Below, one piece after another: positions 1 to 11,995 of a stretch of 64,000 bases of DNA. The position numbers were made by a program, and so were the translations under genes. The DNA is from Felis catus (taxonomy: Eukaryota). Where the stretch lies: assembly GCF_018350175.1 (NCBI RefSeq), contig NC_058368.1:212104001-212168000 (forward strand). The letters run 5' to 3'. The first letter of the stretch is position 1; each line of letters opens with the position of its first letter. The notes beneath the pieces are model-generated. The model was not told where the DNA came from. It saw only the letters and a list, made by a program, of their open reading frames with translations, and did not search any database.

Positions 1-99
1 TTTACTTTTGGGATAGAGCAGTAGTCTTCTCCTCATGGTTCTCCTGCCACTGGTCTTGTTGCCTGGACTGTCTTCCTTCCTGTCTTCACTTAGTTGACA

Positions 100-340
100 C
101 CTTAATCCTTCAGATATCAGCTCAAGAGTCAGTTCACTGAGGAAGCCTTCCCTGACCTCCACGCCCAGTAAGATTCTATTATACACTTTCACAATGCTAT
201 GTATTTCTTCTTTACAGCGCATATCACAGTTGTAATTTTATATCTGACTGATGCACTTCCCTTCATTAGTATGTAAGACTTAAAGGCGGAGGCTGGGTCC
301 GGTGTTGCTCACCATCTAGCCCTATTGGTACGTAATAGAT
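100..340 (+). mobile_element. LINE2 3' fragment
   Basis: Degenerate L2 motifs (CAGCTCAA...GGAAGCCTTCCCTGACC); boundaries approximate. Confidence 0.6.
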
Positions 341-555
341 AAGGGAAAGAGTGAGCACATGAAATCAGCAGTCAGGACAAAGATGAGGGTCAGCCACTGT
401 TATGACAAGCCTGGTAAGGGATAGAGCCCATAAAAGGGATTTGGATCAAATTCCGTGGGAGCTTCGGGATGGTTTCAAACTAAGAGATGAAATGGAAAGA
501 AAGTCATTAGAGAGATAGTTCTAGGGCTCTATGGAAAGTGATATGAGGTGGAGAA

Positions 556-986
556 TGATGAGGTTTTGGGGTGATAGTGGGTTTCATGGGGTCTGGAGCT
601 GATGGCCAAGAAAGAATTCTTGAAGACATCTTTGGTGCAAAAACATGCTTTTATTAAAGCCCGGGGACAGGACCCATGGGCAGGAAGAGCTGCCCCAGAC
701 CCTGTGGAGAGACTGCTTATATATTTGGGAGTTGGGGGAGGTAAAGTCCAGGGGAAGTTTCCAGTGAGATTTTCGTATGCTAAAGAAGACTCCCAGGATC
801 CTGGAGGCCTAGCTATGGTCAAGCTAAGGTTGTTTTCCCTCTAGCAAAACATTAACATTAAGATAGGAGGGAGTTCCCTGGAGAAAAGTTTTACTCTGCC
901 AGCCTCAAGTATTTGTCAATGGGCTGCAGGTTATAAGGAAATTTAATTTTATCTGCCATTTTCCTCTGTCTTTGTTTCCCACATCA
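556..986 (-). mobile_element. Carnivore ERV solo LTR (CarLTR-like), short form
   Basis: TGATG...CATCA termini, TTTATT (polyA signal on - strand) near 650, flanks GAGAA/GGGAA, homologous to 40091-40800. Confidence 0.8.
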
Positions 987-1659
987 GGGAATACTGAGGC
1001 AGGGTCTCTGAGGTAGGCCTCTTCCATAATAACTTTCTACAACTCTCATCTTTCTTATTCTAATCACATCTGACAGCTAACACCATTTTGGGGCTTCATT
1101 TTCTGTGGTAGGTTCAAAAGACACTATGGTTGATGATGTGTAAAGTGCAGTTTTTGTTTGTCATTCACTGCTACCTAAAAACAACTATGGATTTTCATCA
1201 CGTTTTGAGAATAAACTAGAAGGATCTGAGACGGTATTAAATTTGGAGCAACTGGTGGCTTTCTCAAAGACTAGGTGGTCATATTTCAGACCAGTGGAAA
1301 CTGAAGTGCTCAAAAAAATATGCTGGAAGGACATATCAGGCATACTGAGACATTGTGGGGCATGAAATCCTAGTAGCTTCAGATATGAGCCCATGTGCTC
1401 TCATTCCTGTTCTGCTTTCCTGTAGCCCTGAACCAAGCTCTCATTGTCATTTTATGACCCTAATCCTGTCCTTTGAACTTTTTATTCTCCCTTAAGGACT
1501 TGGACACAGACCTGGCCTCAAGCCCTTTCCACTTTAGACCAATTCATTGGATGGCCTCCCTGTTCCCCTTTTGGGCCAAGGGCTAGGGATAGGATTAGTC
1601 CCCTCCCTCCAACACTTGTGAGCAGTTGACATCAAGGAGAGGATCAGATTTATCATTAG

Positions 1660-1850
1660 TCCCTCCCCTTTCCAGCTGTATGATCTTTGGTAGGTTATTT
1701 GACACGTCTGTGCCTCCATTTCTTCATTCTGTAAAATGGGGATAATAATACCTACTTCCTAGGGTTGCTGTGAGAATCAGACATGTTAATTCCTGCAGGA
1801 GTTAGCATAGCATCTGGCTTGTAGAAACCACTCAGTAAATGTTACTGTTG
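1660..1850 (+). mobile_element. MIR SINE
   Basis: MIR core CTGTAAAATGGGGATAATAATACCTAC...GGTTGCTGTGAG. Confidence 0.8.
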
Positions 1851-3672
1851 GTGTGATTCTTCTTCCTGTCATCATCATCACGCAGGCCCAACCACAACCC
1901 TGTATGTTGCTGCTATGCTCATTTCACAGATGAGGAAACCATGCAGAGTTGTTGAAGGAAAATAGAAAATCTGAAGGACAAGATTAGGGTCATAAGCTGG
2001 GACTCCTTTTAAGAACAGGATGATAGGGAAAAAAGAGGGAAAAGAGAGAGTGAGCTGGGATGAGGCCAGATGGGTCGCAGTCACTGTGCCATCGGGGGTG
2101 GAGCCTGAGGGTGTCAGGCTGGCTTGAAAGAGTGGTGGGAGGGCTGACTGACAGGAAGACGGTGACTGTTTTCACAGAGAATGAATTTCCCTCTTGGTCT
2201 CCAAGTGATTTAATGTTGGGTTTCCTTTTAGGACACTCTAGAGTTAAAGACCTGTTAGCTTTGGGAATTCAGGCTGGTGATTTCCCCTGTCCCCAGGGGG
2301 ATTTCTAGGTCTGTATTACGCTACATAATCACAGCTCTTTTGGGATAAATGTCAAAAATATTGGCAAAGAATTTATACACTCATCACTTCTTTTTTAATC
2401 AAGACTTTTTGTCTGATAGGTGAATTATTCCTTAGTTTTCATGTAAAACTTTGTACTATTTTCTTTTCTCTGTCCAGTATCTTTTTTCTTAGGAACCTAA
2501 GCCTGGCTGGCAGAACATAATCCAGGTTGTGCTTTGAATCACAAGCTGTTACTAGGAATTCCAAGGAAATCCATACAAGATTTTTTTTTTTCATTATACA
2601 GAGAGCTTACCAAGAGAGAACAATTTATAACAAAAGCCACATTTTGCAGGTTCATTTCCTGTCTCCCACTTGGGGCTGTTTCTGTGACCTGTTGCAGATT
2701 TCCTTGAGGTCTTCTCCCTGATGGGGTTGAGTACTCAAACGAGTAGGAAAGAGGAAGTTGGACCCATTTGAGAAACTATGGTGAGAAGAAAAAACAGTGA
2801 AAGAACAAAAAGGGAAATCTATTTTTGTTTACAGAGGAAACTAGGGGTAAAATTAGCACGGATGGGGGTCTGTGTTGACAAGCTCACATAATTACAAGGA
2901 TGCTTTATGGAACATGCTCAAGTCTCCCCATATTCAGTGAGCCAGTATGACCTCCCCAAAATTCTTCTGCGTCTTGGGCATGCTTGGTGCTCATGGTTTT
3001 GAGGCACCGTTAATTATGCTTCTTGGGGCTCCTGTGATCAAGTGCATTCAAGAAACTAAATGCAACAAGTGTTTCCTGGACTAATGAGACTTGGAGAGTA
3101 AGTCTTATGAGACTTGGAGAGTAAGAGGCTGAGGGAGTGCAGAAAAGTTGTGCTCACTTAAAACCTCCTGGAAGAGTCATGACATTTAGTAGAAAAGTCG
3201 TAAGGGATCCTGATGACACCGTTACTGAACTTGTGTTAAATATCACATATTGTAGATGGAAGTTCTACACAGGGACAAGGTACCAGCTTGCAATGATCCA
3301 CAAATGATCAGCAAATGATCAGCAACTTAGTTAATTATGCACTTGCTTTGTCTGTAAAAAAAAAAAAATGACAAAAGTAGTAGGGAGAAAGCAAGCAGAA
3401 TTTTGGGGGAAGACTTTAGTTCCTAACATTTTATTTTCTCATTGGTGACTAACCCTCAGATTATTCCAGAATCACTTTGTAGGAATGTTGGGATGTGAGA
3501 ACACATTGTTGACATCTACTTTTCAGCTCCTTTTCCTCTCCTCCACTCCCTCTGCCAGTAGTCCCACAGCTAGCAAATCTCAACAACCACGCTGACCCAT
3601 GTGTGTAGATGGTTCAACCTCAACATAGTTCTCATGACTCCATAGTCACCTTTTGTCCATTCTCCTCATTTT

Positions 3673-4150
3673 TGTCGAGAACTGTGAAGGGTCTTAGATT
3701 TTATTCTCCTTGCGAGCTCACTAGTTATCCTGCCATGCTTTCCTGGATGCGATGCTGGGAGAAGACGTGAGACTTCTGGGTCAGAGATAGAGGACTTTAT
3801 TACTCACAGCACAGCATGAGGCAGGAGCTTCATGTTTGCAGCTTCCCCTCGTTGTCCCTTCAAGGGGGTGAAAGGGGCAGCCTGGGTGGATGCTGTGCAC
3901 ACAGTGGGTTTTATCACAGTCCTTTAAAAGAGGTTGTGAGCAAACCTGTCAGCTTGTGCCCCAGAGGGAGTCATTATCCTTTTTATTCTAGACAGCAAAT
4001 AAATCTGTCCTCTTCCCTGGAGGGGGACATTCTCTCTGTACTCTAGCCTATTTCCACACAACATCCTTGGGGAGATATAAAAGCTGTCCATGCTTTTGCT
4101 CACATGATGTGAAGAAACATGAACGATCCATGTAGAACTGCCTCCCAGCA
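3673..4150 (-). mobile_element. ERVL solo LTR, LTR40-like
   Basis: Reverse strand reads TGCTGGGAGGCAGTTCT...GCTGTGAGTAATAAAGTCC...AGACCCTTCACAGTTCTCGACA, resembling the recalled LTR40 consensus. Confidence 0.75.
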
Positions 4151-4384
4151 GTTCCTACCTCAAGGCACCAAAATTATTATTACAGATGGTTTTTGCTCTA
4201 TTCTTACACTTCTGACCCCTTACGTTTTGCTTCTCTAATCCACAGGAGATCTTTCCTCTTTACTGACCCACCACAAAACCTCTTACCCATGTGAGCTGCA
4301 CTTTTGTCTGGCTCAGTGGATGTATTCTTCACCTTTTCTCCATTCCTTGGGGGGTGGTGCACAGCCTCAGTTTAGTCTGTACAC

Positions 4385-5420
4385 CTGCCATGTGCCAGGC
4401 TATGTGCAGTGCCTAAGATAAGTAGGGGAATACGCCTCAGACCTTATTCTGAAAAAGCTAAGGAGGAAAACAGGCACACAATTTGATCATTTTAACCTAG
4501 GGCAGCAAGTGCTGTGAGCCAGGTATGTGCAAGATAAACTGGCAGGACCCTAATCCAGAGTGAGGTCAGGGAAGGCTTCCTGGAAATGCTCAAATTAAGT
4601 CTTAAAGAATGAATGGATGTTAAATAGGTTGAAGGGGTAAGAAAGGAGAGAAGGGCATTCTAGGTAGAGGAAAAGCTTGAAAACAGCAAGGTAAATAGAC
4701 CATGGTGTGTGGCATTTGGTGGTGGGGGGGGGGGGGGAAGGGGGGTTGGAGGTAATATCAGTAGTCTGAATGTTGCCAGAGCATAAACTGTGAGGTTGCA
4801 TGCAGGTGAAGGGAGAACTTCCTAGAGGTCAGGCTTTGAAGAGTCTTGAGCCATGGGTCATGATATGGGCAGACTCTGGTTTTGACTCGATCAGCCTGGC
4901 AACAACAGAGGATGGATTTAACAACGAAGAAGAAAGAGGGAGAACAGTTCAGAAATGATGCAAACAGAAACTCAGGCATGAAATGATCAGAGCTTCAGCT
5001 AGGGCAGTTGGGAATAAAAATGGAGGGGAGGTAGATTTAACAGCACCTGAGGACAGATGGGGAAGCAGGATATGGAGGGAGAGGAGACCAACAGGTGGAC
5101 ACCGGTGTTTCTAAGATTAGGCCACTAAGTTGATGGCGGTTCAACTTCGAGGAAGCAGGAAGAATAGCAGGTTAAGATTGTTGGGGGAGGATTTCAGGGA
5201 TGGCTGAGTGGTGCCATCCAGAAGGTGTCCCTCAAGAGATTTGGGTGCATGAGTTTGCACTCTAAGAGAGGTTTGGAATGAGATGTAGATTCAAGAGTCA
5301 GCAGCATATAGGTGATGTCCCAAAATCTGACTGTGATTGAGAGTGAAATGAGCAGTGAGCCAAAAGAAGGACAGAGAGCCTGGGAGGAGCCTGAGAAGTG
5401 GCCAGAGAGCAGGAGGAGGA
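4385..5420 (-). mobile_element. LINE2 fragment
   Basis: TGTGCCAGGC, GTCAGGGAAGGCTTCCTGGA, GGGCATTCTAGGTAGAGG motifs; purine-rich L2 antisense. Confidence 0.65.
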
Positions 5421-5659
5421 TGGAGAGCTGGGGGTCTCAGAAGTAGAGCATCTCTTCCTGTGTTTGTCTCCTCCCCAGTGTGACCTGGGGGAGAAGAAAT
5501 AAGCAAAAATCATCCACTGGGCTAATCGTTAAATCTTTCGTATTGTTCAAGCAAAAAGTTTAGACTTTTTGAAGTCTAAACTTCCAGAAGTTTCTAGACT
5601 TAAAAGTCTAAACTTACAGAAGTTTCTAGACTTAGAGAAGTCTTCAACGGTTTGGAAAT

Positions 5660-5790
5660 CACTAGTCCTGGACTAGTAGCCGCAAACCTGGGTTGAAGCC
5701 CAGCTCTGCCAACACCTGCTGTGTGACTTGGCTAAAGTACTGCCCCTCTCTGGCCTGCATTTCCTCACTGTTGAAGCGAAAGGACTGAAT
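5660..5790 (+). mobile_element. MIR fragment
   Basis: CCCAGCTCTGCC...GCTGTGTGACTTGG...CATTTCCTCACTG. Confidence 0.7.
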
Positions 5791-6464
5791 GCCTAATACC
5801 TAAGGCCCTTCAGGGAAATGAGCTCTTAGTAATTTATGGGAAAACTGGAAGCAGAGTTTATGCTTCAACATCTGGAAAATGACTCTGCTTTCCCCACGAT
5901 GAAGATGTGTCCTTGCTGACACTGAATTTGGCTCGGGGAGAGGAGAGGTTTGTAAACATTCACTTTTCCTTAAACAGACATTCACGGATTAGTATGTAAG
6001 TCTTCCAAAGTGGTGAGTCCAGCCAACATATAAAAGGGCAATAATGAAGCAAAAATTGAGCTTTTCCAATCTGGTGGTATCCCACTTTGAGCTGTGTGCC
6101 CCCACCAGGGATTTTGTGAGCCGAAGAATATTCTGAGATGGCCTCCCTCTGCTTCTGTCTGTGTGGTCACCTTAACCCTAATAAGTTCTTATATTCATGG
6201 CTACTTAAACAGGGAACTTAAACCTTTGCGTAGGTGTGTGAAGTGTGCAGGGTGTGGGTGTGTGAGTGTGTGGGCTCTTCCTACCCACTGTAACCCATCT
6301 CAAAGAGTACAGCTTCCCTTTGATTCAAAGCTATGGGATTGCACATACGACTAACTAGTAAGTAACCCACATAGAATCATACTGGAAAGTGCATTGTAAG
6401 ATTTTCTGTTGCAACCCTCAAGCCTTTATTCAGACCGGTTATCATTTTTAAGATATTTTTAAAA

Positions 6465-7935
6465 TATTTTTGTTTTGAAATAATTATAGAGTCACATGCA
6501 GTTGGAAGAAATAGCACAGAGAAATCCTTTATATCCTTCACTCACCTTCTCCAAGTGATAACATCTTGCATAACTCTAGTATAATATCATAACCAAGAAA
6601 TGAATACAAACCCTTACCTTATTCAGATTTCATCAGTTTTATAGGAACTGATTTGTGTGTGTAAGTGTGTGTGTATGTGTGCATTTACGTCTATGCAGTT
6701 TTAACACATGTAAATTTATGTGACTACTGCCACAATACAGAGTAGTTTCATTACAAGGACAACTCGTGCCATGCTTTTGGACCTGCCTTCCACCTACCAA
6801 CCTAACCCCTGGAAAGCACTAGCTTGTTCTCTATCTCTATAATTGTGTCATTTGTAATATAAATATATTGCAATATATGTAATAAAAATATATAAATGTA
6901 ATCACAGAGGACATAACCTCTTGAGATTGGATTTTTTTCATTCAAGGTATTTCCCTCAAGAATACATCCAAATTGTGTGCATTCAAGTGTTTGTTCTATT
7001 TCAGTGCTGGGTAGCATTCCACGGTATTTACCAGTTTGTTTAACCATTCACTCATTGAGGGATATTTGGGTTGTTCCAGTTTTTTGCTAGTATGAACATT
7101 CTCCTACAGGATCTTGTGTGAACACAAGTCTTCCATTTCTCTGGGATAAATGTCCAGGGATGCAATTGCTGGGTCAGGGGGTGGTTGCATGTTTGTTTGT
7201 TTGTTTTAAGGAAACTATCCACCTGTTTTCTGTAGTGGCTGTAGCATCTTGCCCTCTTACCAGCAGTGTTACCTGTGGCCAACTTCCCCACATCCTCCCC
7301 ATTGATTGGGTGCTGCCACTGTCTTTAATTGTGTCTGTTCTGAGAGGCCTGTAGTAACATCTCATTGTGGTTTTAGGTAACAATTCTCTGATGGCGAATG
7401 AGGTTGAACATCTTTTCATGTGCTTTTTTGTCATCTGTACATCCTCTGCAGTGAAATGAGATTTCATGTTTGTTTGTTTTCTGTCGTTATTTTTTATTGT
7501 TGAGTTTTGAGAGATCTTCATGTATTCTTTGTACAAGTCCTTTGTCTAATAAAGATTTCCTTCCAATCTGTAGTTCATGTTTTCATTCCCTTCAAAGCTA
7601 TCTCTCACAGCAAAAGGTTTTAATTTTGGTGAAGTCCAGTTTTTCAGTTTTCCCTTTTATGTATGATGTCCTTAGTGTCAAATCTATGAACTCCTTGCCT
7701 AGCCCCAGGTCTCCAAGATGTTCTCCTATGATTTTTTTTTTGAAAAGTTGTATAGTTTTACATTTTACATTTCAGATGTGATCCATCTGAGTCAGTATTT
7801 GTATAAAGTGTGAAATTTACATTGAGCCTCTGCTCTTTGATCAGCATGTTGTGATTTTCAGGACACAGATCTTGCATATGTTTTGTTAGACTTATGCCTA
7901 AGTAGTTGTTTTCCTTTGGAATAATTCTAAATGGT
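6465..7935 (-). mobile_element. Ancient L1 (L1MC/L1MD-type) 3' region
   Basis: Antisense L1 3'UTR and ORF2 end; decayed ORF2 peptide visible (KHMKRCSTSFAIRE). Confidence 0.8.
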
Positions 7936-8396
7936 CTTTTTTTTTTTTTTAATTAATGAGCATTCTCTCAGAGACCTCCTCCCACACACAAAACAATAAA
8001 AGCCCATAACCAAACAAAGAAATGAAGGGTTGAAAACAGACTTCAAGGCAATCAAATTGTAGTTGATGCTTTGTTTGATAATCTACCTTCCTGTGTGAAG
8101 GAGCTGTCTTCTAATGAGGCTGGCCACCCACTGGAACCATGCTTCACCCAGGAGCCCTCGTTCTTGGGGTCTTTGATTCAGTATCTGACTCAAATCACCT
8201 TCAGCTCGTTTTTCACTTCTCTGAGGTTCAATTCCCTCTTGTAAATGAAAATAACAATGTTTTCTTTAGAAATAATGCCGAGAAGATGCAATTAAATGAA
8301 ATGAAAGAATATATGTGAAAGTATCTGGCACACAGATCACATAATGATCAAGAAATATTTCCTCTCTTTTCTTTCCTTCCTCTCTCCCTTTTTATT

Positions 8397-8601
8397 CAAC
8401 GTTTATATTTATTTTTGGGACAGAGAGAGACAGAGCATGAACGGGGGAGGGGCAGAGAGAGAGGGAGACACAGAATCGGAAACAGGCTCCAGGCTCTGAG
8501 CCATCAGCCCAGAGCCCAACGCGGGGCTCGAACTCATGGACCGCGAGATTGTGACCTGGCCGAAGTCGGACGCTTAACCGACTGCGCCACCCAAGCGCCC
8601 C
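8397..8601 (-). mobile_element. Young felid SINE (SINEC_Fc type)
   Basis: CpG-rich body; TSD CTCTCTCCCTTTTTATT at 8380-8396 and 8602-8618. Confidence 0.95.
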
Positions 8602-9966
8602 CTCTCTCCCTTTTTATTTACTTCTCTTTTCTTTCTCGTGCCTTCCATTCTCTTTCCTTCCATTCCTGCTTTATGCCCCCTTGCCAATTCCCTATGGTGG
8701 GTGTAAGCCTTGGTTCTGGTAGGGTTGACTAGGTAGGGTTGACTAGATGAATAGGAGGCTGACCCTGTACCCAGCTAGGCCCCCATAATTCCTCCTCCCT
8801 TTCCACCATACATGATTCTGCTGGATGACAGAACAGTGAGGATTAGTAAATTAAGAAGTCTGTTTCTTCTATTTAAATTCATAATGCTAAGCAATTCCAT
8901 GGGTTTTCATGTCTGATGATGAGCCACCTTTCTGCGTTTTCATGAAAGGCAGGTGGTCTGTGGTGGTTAATTAGCATGTATGTGTGTGGAGGGGGTGGGT
9001 GGGCACCTGGAAGTGCCTTTAATAGGCAACTGAAGCCTCTCAAGCCTTGTTTGCTTTGGGTGTGGCCTTAGCAAAATGCAGAGTAGTGGAGAAGCAAGTT
9101 CATAGTTTGATGTAGAGATTGTCTTGAACTTCTTGGACTGAGGCCAGAGTGATAGACTCAGGTTAGAGTAGATCAATGGAAGTAGTCATTCTCCAGGTAG
9201 AATCCACCCTGGAGGAGGGCCAGCTTGATATAGAGACCCCAAAGAAATGGGGCAAGGGAAAAGGAACATCTCCTTTAGAAATTCAAATAAAGATGATTAT
9301 CTGTCCCCCTCCATTTGACAAGTGTTCAGCCAGTTAATTTGGAACAAGCCCTCTCTTCCCATCCTGGGTCGTAACAATGGCCCAAATAGATTATTCAGCA
9401 GCCCTTGAAATTGCAGGCTGGGGGCATCCAATGCAGCAACCTAATTGTTGTCAGACAGCTAATGATTCCAACTGGTTAGAAGCCTAGAGAGATTATGTCA
9501 TCCTCTGCCCTTCATCCGCAGATGTGAGACCAAAATGGAAACCCAGGTTGTAGGAGTTCTCATGCAAGGAAGAAGCTTTTTGTTGAAAATCATTTTCTGT
9601 TGTTGCATTAGAAGTAAAAATGCCTCTTTGGAATCGTAGTGGCTTAGGAAGCAGAGTGCTGCTAGAGATGTGACTTCAAACAGCTCTTGGTCTTGGCTAA
9701 TGCAGTTTTAATTTTTCTTCAAGGGCTACTTGTTCCAGTGATAATTTCTGTCCTGCACTTCTGTCCTTAGGATTCTTTTGATAAAAGTCATGAGAGTGAT
9801 GGTATTTAAAGCAGGGAGTAAGTTGGCCTCTGCCAGATTCCTGCCTAACAGATATCTGAGGTGCCCAGCCAGAGCTTGTCACACTTGGTTGCTTCTGAGA
9901 GCTTCTGTGATGAGCCCTGAGCACAGTAAACTCACCCATGCCAATCTCTTCCTCTTCTTTCTCTAG

Positions 9967-10091
9967 CAAGGATTGAAAATAGTTCACCATGCAGAGAAGA
10001 CACTGTCCAGCTTCTGTAAGTGGCAGAAGAGCATCAATCCCAAGAGTGACCTTAACCCTGCCCATCATGACGTGGCCGTCCTCCTCACCAG
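9967..10091 (+). CDS. ADAMTS12: ADAMTS12 internal coding exon (probably exon 6), metalloprotease domain: [42 protein letters not shown]
   Basis: Polypyrimidine tract + TAG acceptor (9964-9966), donor AG|GTACCC; 125 nt, phase 0/2; translation matches recalled mammalian ADAMTS12. Confidence 0.96.
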
Positions 10092-10829
10092 GTACCCCAG
10101 GGACTACAGGAAGCCAGGGGCTGCGAAGCAGGGGGGCTGGCAGGTGAAAGAGTTGTCCCCTATTCAAACCCATGAGAGTCTCCTACTCTTTGTCACTTTT
10201 GATCATTTTTAAAGGCAGCATCTACGATCTAGACAACTCCTGACGTCCATACCAGTGAGGGGGCAATTATTAAACGTGTGTGACAAAACTCTCCGTGTTA
10301 ATAAACTGTTGGCAAAAATCTGTTGGCAAAATGCAGGCCTTTTTCATATCCCAATGATGATTTCATCTTTAAAATTGGCTTTTTCATGCAGCTCTATAAG
10401 CTTAGGAAGATTGTTTACAGATCCTTGTTAAAGACTCCTGTAACTTTTAAGCCTGGGCTTTCCAATCCTTTATTTTCTTCTTAAAATTTTTACTCCAGTT
10501 TAGAAACATACAACCTTCTCTACAGAAATCAGTCCTCCTTGTAACCCATCCCTGACTGATGGTGAGGACAGAATATGGGCGGCCGGCCCTTCCCTGAATA
10601 CACAGAGCAGTTTGCTTACACTTTTCTCCCTTTATTCTCATGAAGATACTATTTTGTTCTGATGACAGACAGACCCTGTGGTGCTAATAAAAACCATCAA
10701 CCTTCCAAGACTCATAGCTGTGAAAGGCTAATGAACTTTTCTGATCAACCCAGGCTCTTGGAGGCTATGTTTGCTCACTGATTCAATAAATACTTATTGA
10801 ACACCTGCCAAGCATCAGACATTATTTTA

Positions 10830-11056
10830 TTTTATCTTATTTTATTTTATCTTATTTTATTTTAATTTTGAGAGAGAGGGAGAGAGAGGGAGGGAGAAGG
10901 AGGGACAGAGAGAAAGGGAAAGAGAATCCGAAGCAGGCTGCATACCATCAGCACAGAGCCCGACACGGGGCTCAAACCCATGAACCATGAGATCATAACC
11001 TCAGCTGAAATCAAGAGCCAGACACTTAACCAACAACTGAGCCACCCAGGCACCCC
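10830..11056 (-). mobile_element. Carnivore SINEC
   Basis: TSD CAGACATTATTTTA at 10816-10829 and 11057-11070; (TTTTA)n tail. Confidence 0.93.
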
Positions 11057-11217
11057 CAGACATTATTTTAAATGAAGTCTTTCATTAACGGGGGAGTTAA
11101 ATTCTCATGGGGAACTCCTGTGCAGATTCGGAGACATCAGGAAATCCAGGGATATGTAAATAGAAGAGTCTGCTCGGCCTGGTTTGTCAGCCACAGAGAA
11201 CTCATGCACTGGAAGGC

Positions 11218-11219
<2 letters not shown>

Positions 11220-11249
<30 letters not shown>
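11220..11249. repeat. (TG)15 microsatellite
   Basis: Direct reading. Confidence 0.95.
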
Positions 11250-11250
<1 letters not shown>

Positions 11251-11754
11251 ACACGTGTGTTCTCCCCAGGGAGGGCAGGCTGCCCCTGAACATTTTGGTC
11301 CCTTTGGTATCCCGATGCATGGGGTGCCCGCAAAGAATGATAACCAACTTTCACTCCGACCATCAGGGTCATTCTTTTGAATGAAAGTATCAAAACTTCA
11401 GTTGAATGCAGTTTTCAAAAGAAGTTTGTGGAATAAACCTATTACATTAGATTCATATTAGGGTCTGTGACATTGGTAGCTCTGCTGGGAGGTAGATTAG
11501 TGTGGGTGTGGAATGTAAGCACTGGGGCCCTGGCCGGGGTGGGGGGCAGGGGGTGGGGGAGCAACACACAGGCAGGAAACACTGAGGACCTGGGCAAGAA
11601 GCCAGGGGAAGACTTCAGTCCAGGCAGGACCTAGCTGTAGGGAAGAACCCTGGATTCAGGACCACTGTTAGAAACTGTGTCAGCTTCCTCTCTTTCCTTG
11701 CCCTGAAAGCAGATATCATTTCTTCTCTCATTCACATGAGGAAATGAGTGAATT

Positions 11755-11995
11755 AATGATAGCTGGCATTTGTGGAGTGTCTGATGTAGCACTGTGCTAC
11801 ATCTATTAGAACAATCATTATTCCATTTAATCTACACAACAAGTCTGGTAGTTGAACTACCATCAATTATTCCCATTTTATAGATGGGGAAACTGAGGCG
11901 TGGTTATGTCACTTGCCTCAAATCTCATTTCCATTAACAAGTACAGCTGAGACTTAAATCCAGGTAGTTTGATCCTAATAGTTGTACTCTTAACT
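11755..11995 (-). mobile_element. MIR SINE
   Basis: CCCATTTTATAGATGGGGAAACTGAGGC core. Confidence 0.8.

Noticed and set aside
7174..7536. L1 ORF2-like peptides (also 17902, 19320, 19459, 52376)
   Set aside because: Short decayed fragments with stops and frameshifts; no intact reverse transcriptase or endonuclease.
8415..8732. Recurrent ORFs such as MGQRETEHERGRGRERGRHRIGNRLQ (also 12642, 29818, 51725, 54469, 54512)
   Set aside because: Translations of SINEC copies, not a gene family.
1..9966. Upstream ADAMTS12 exon, promoter or CpG island
   Set aside because: No matching coding sequence and CpG-depleted throughout; appears wholly intronic.
9697..10173. Longest ORF in the track (158 aa, - strand)
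   Set aside because: Antisense shadow of the ADAMTS12 exon with no recognisable domain or gene context.
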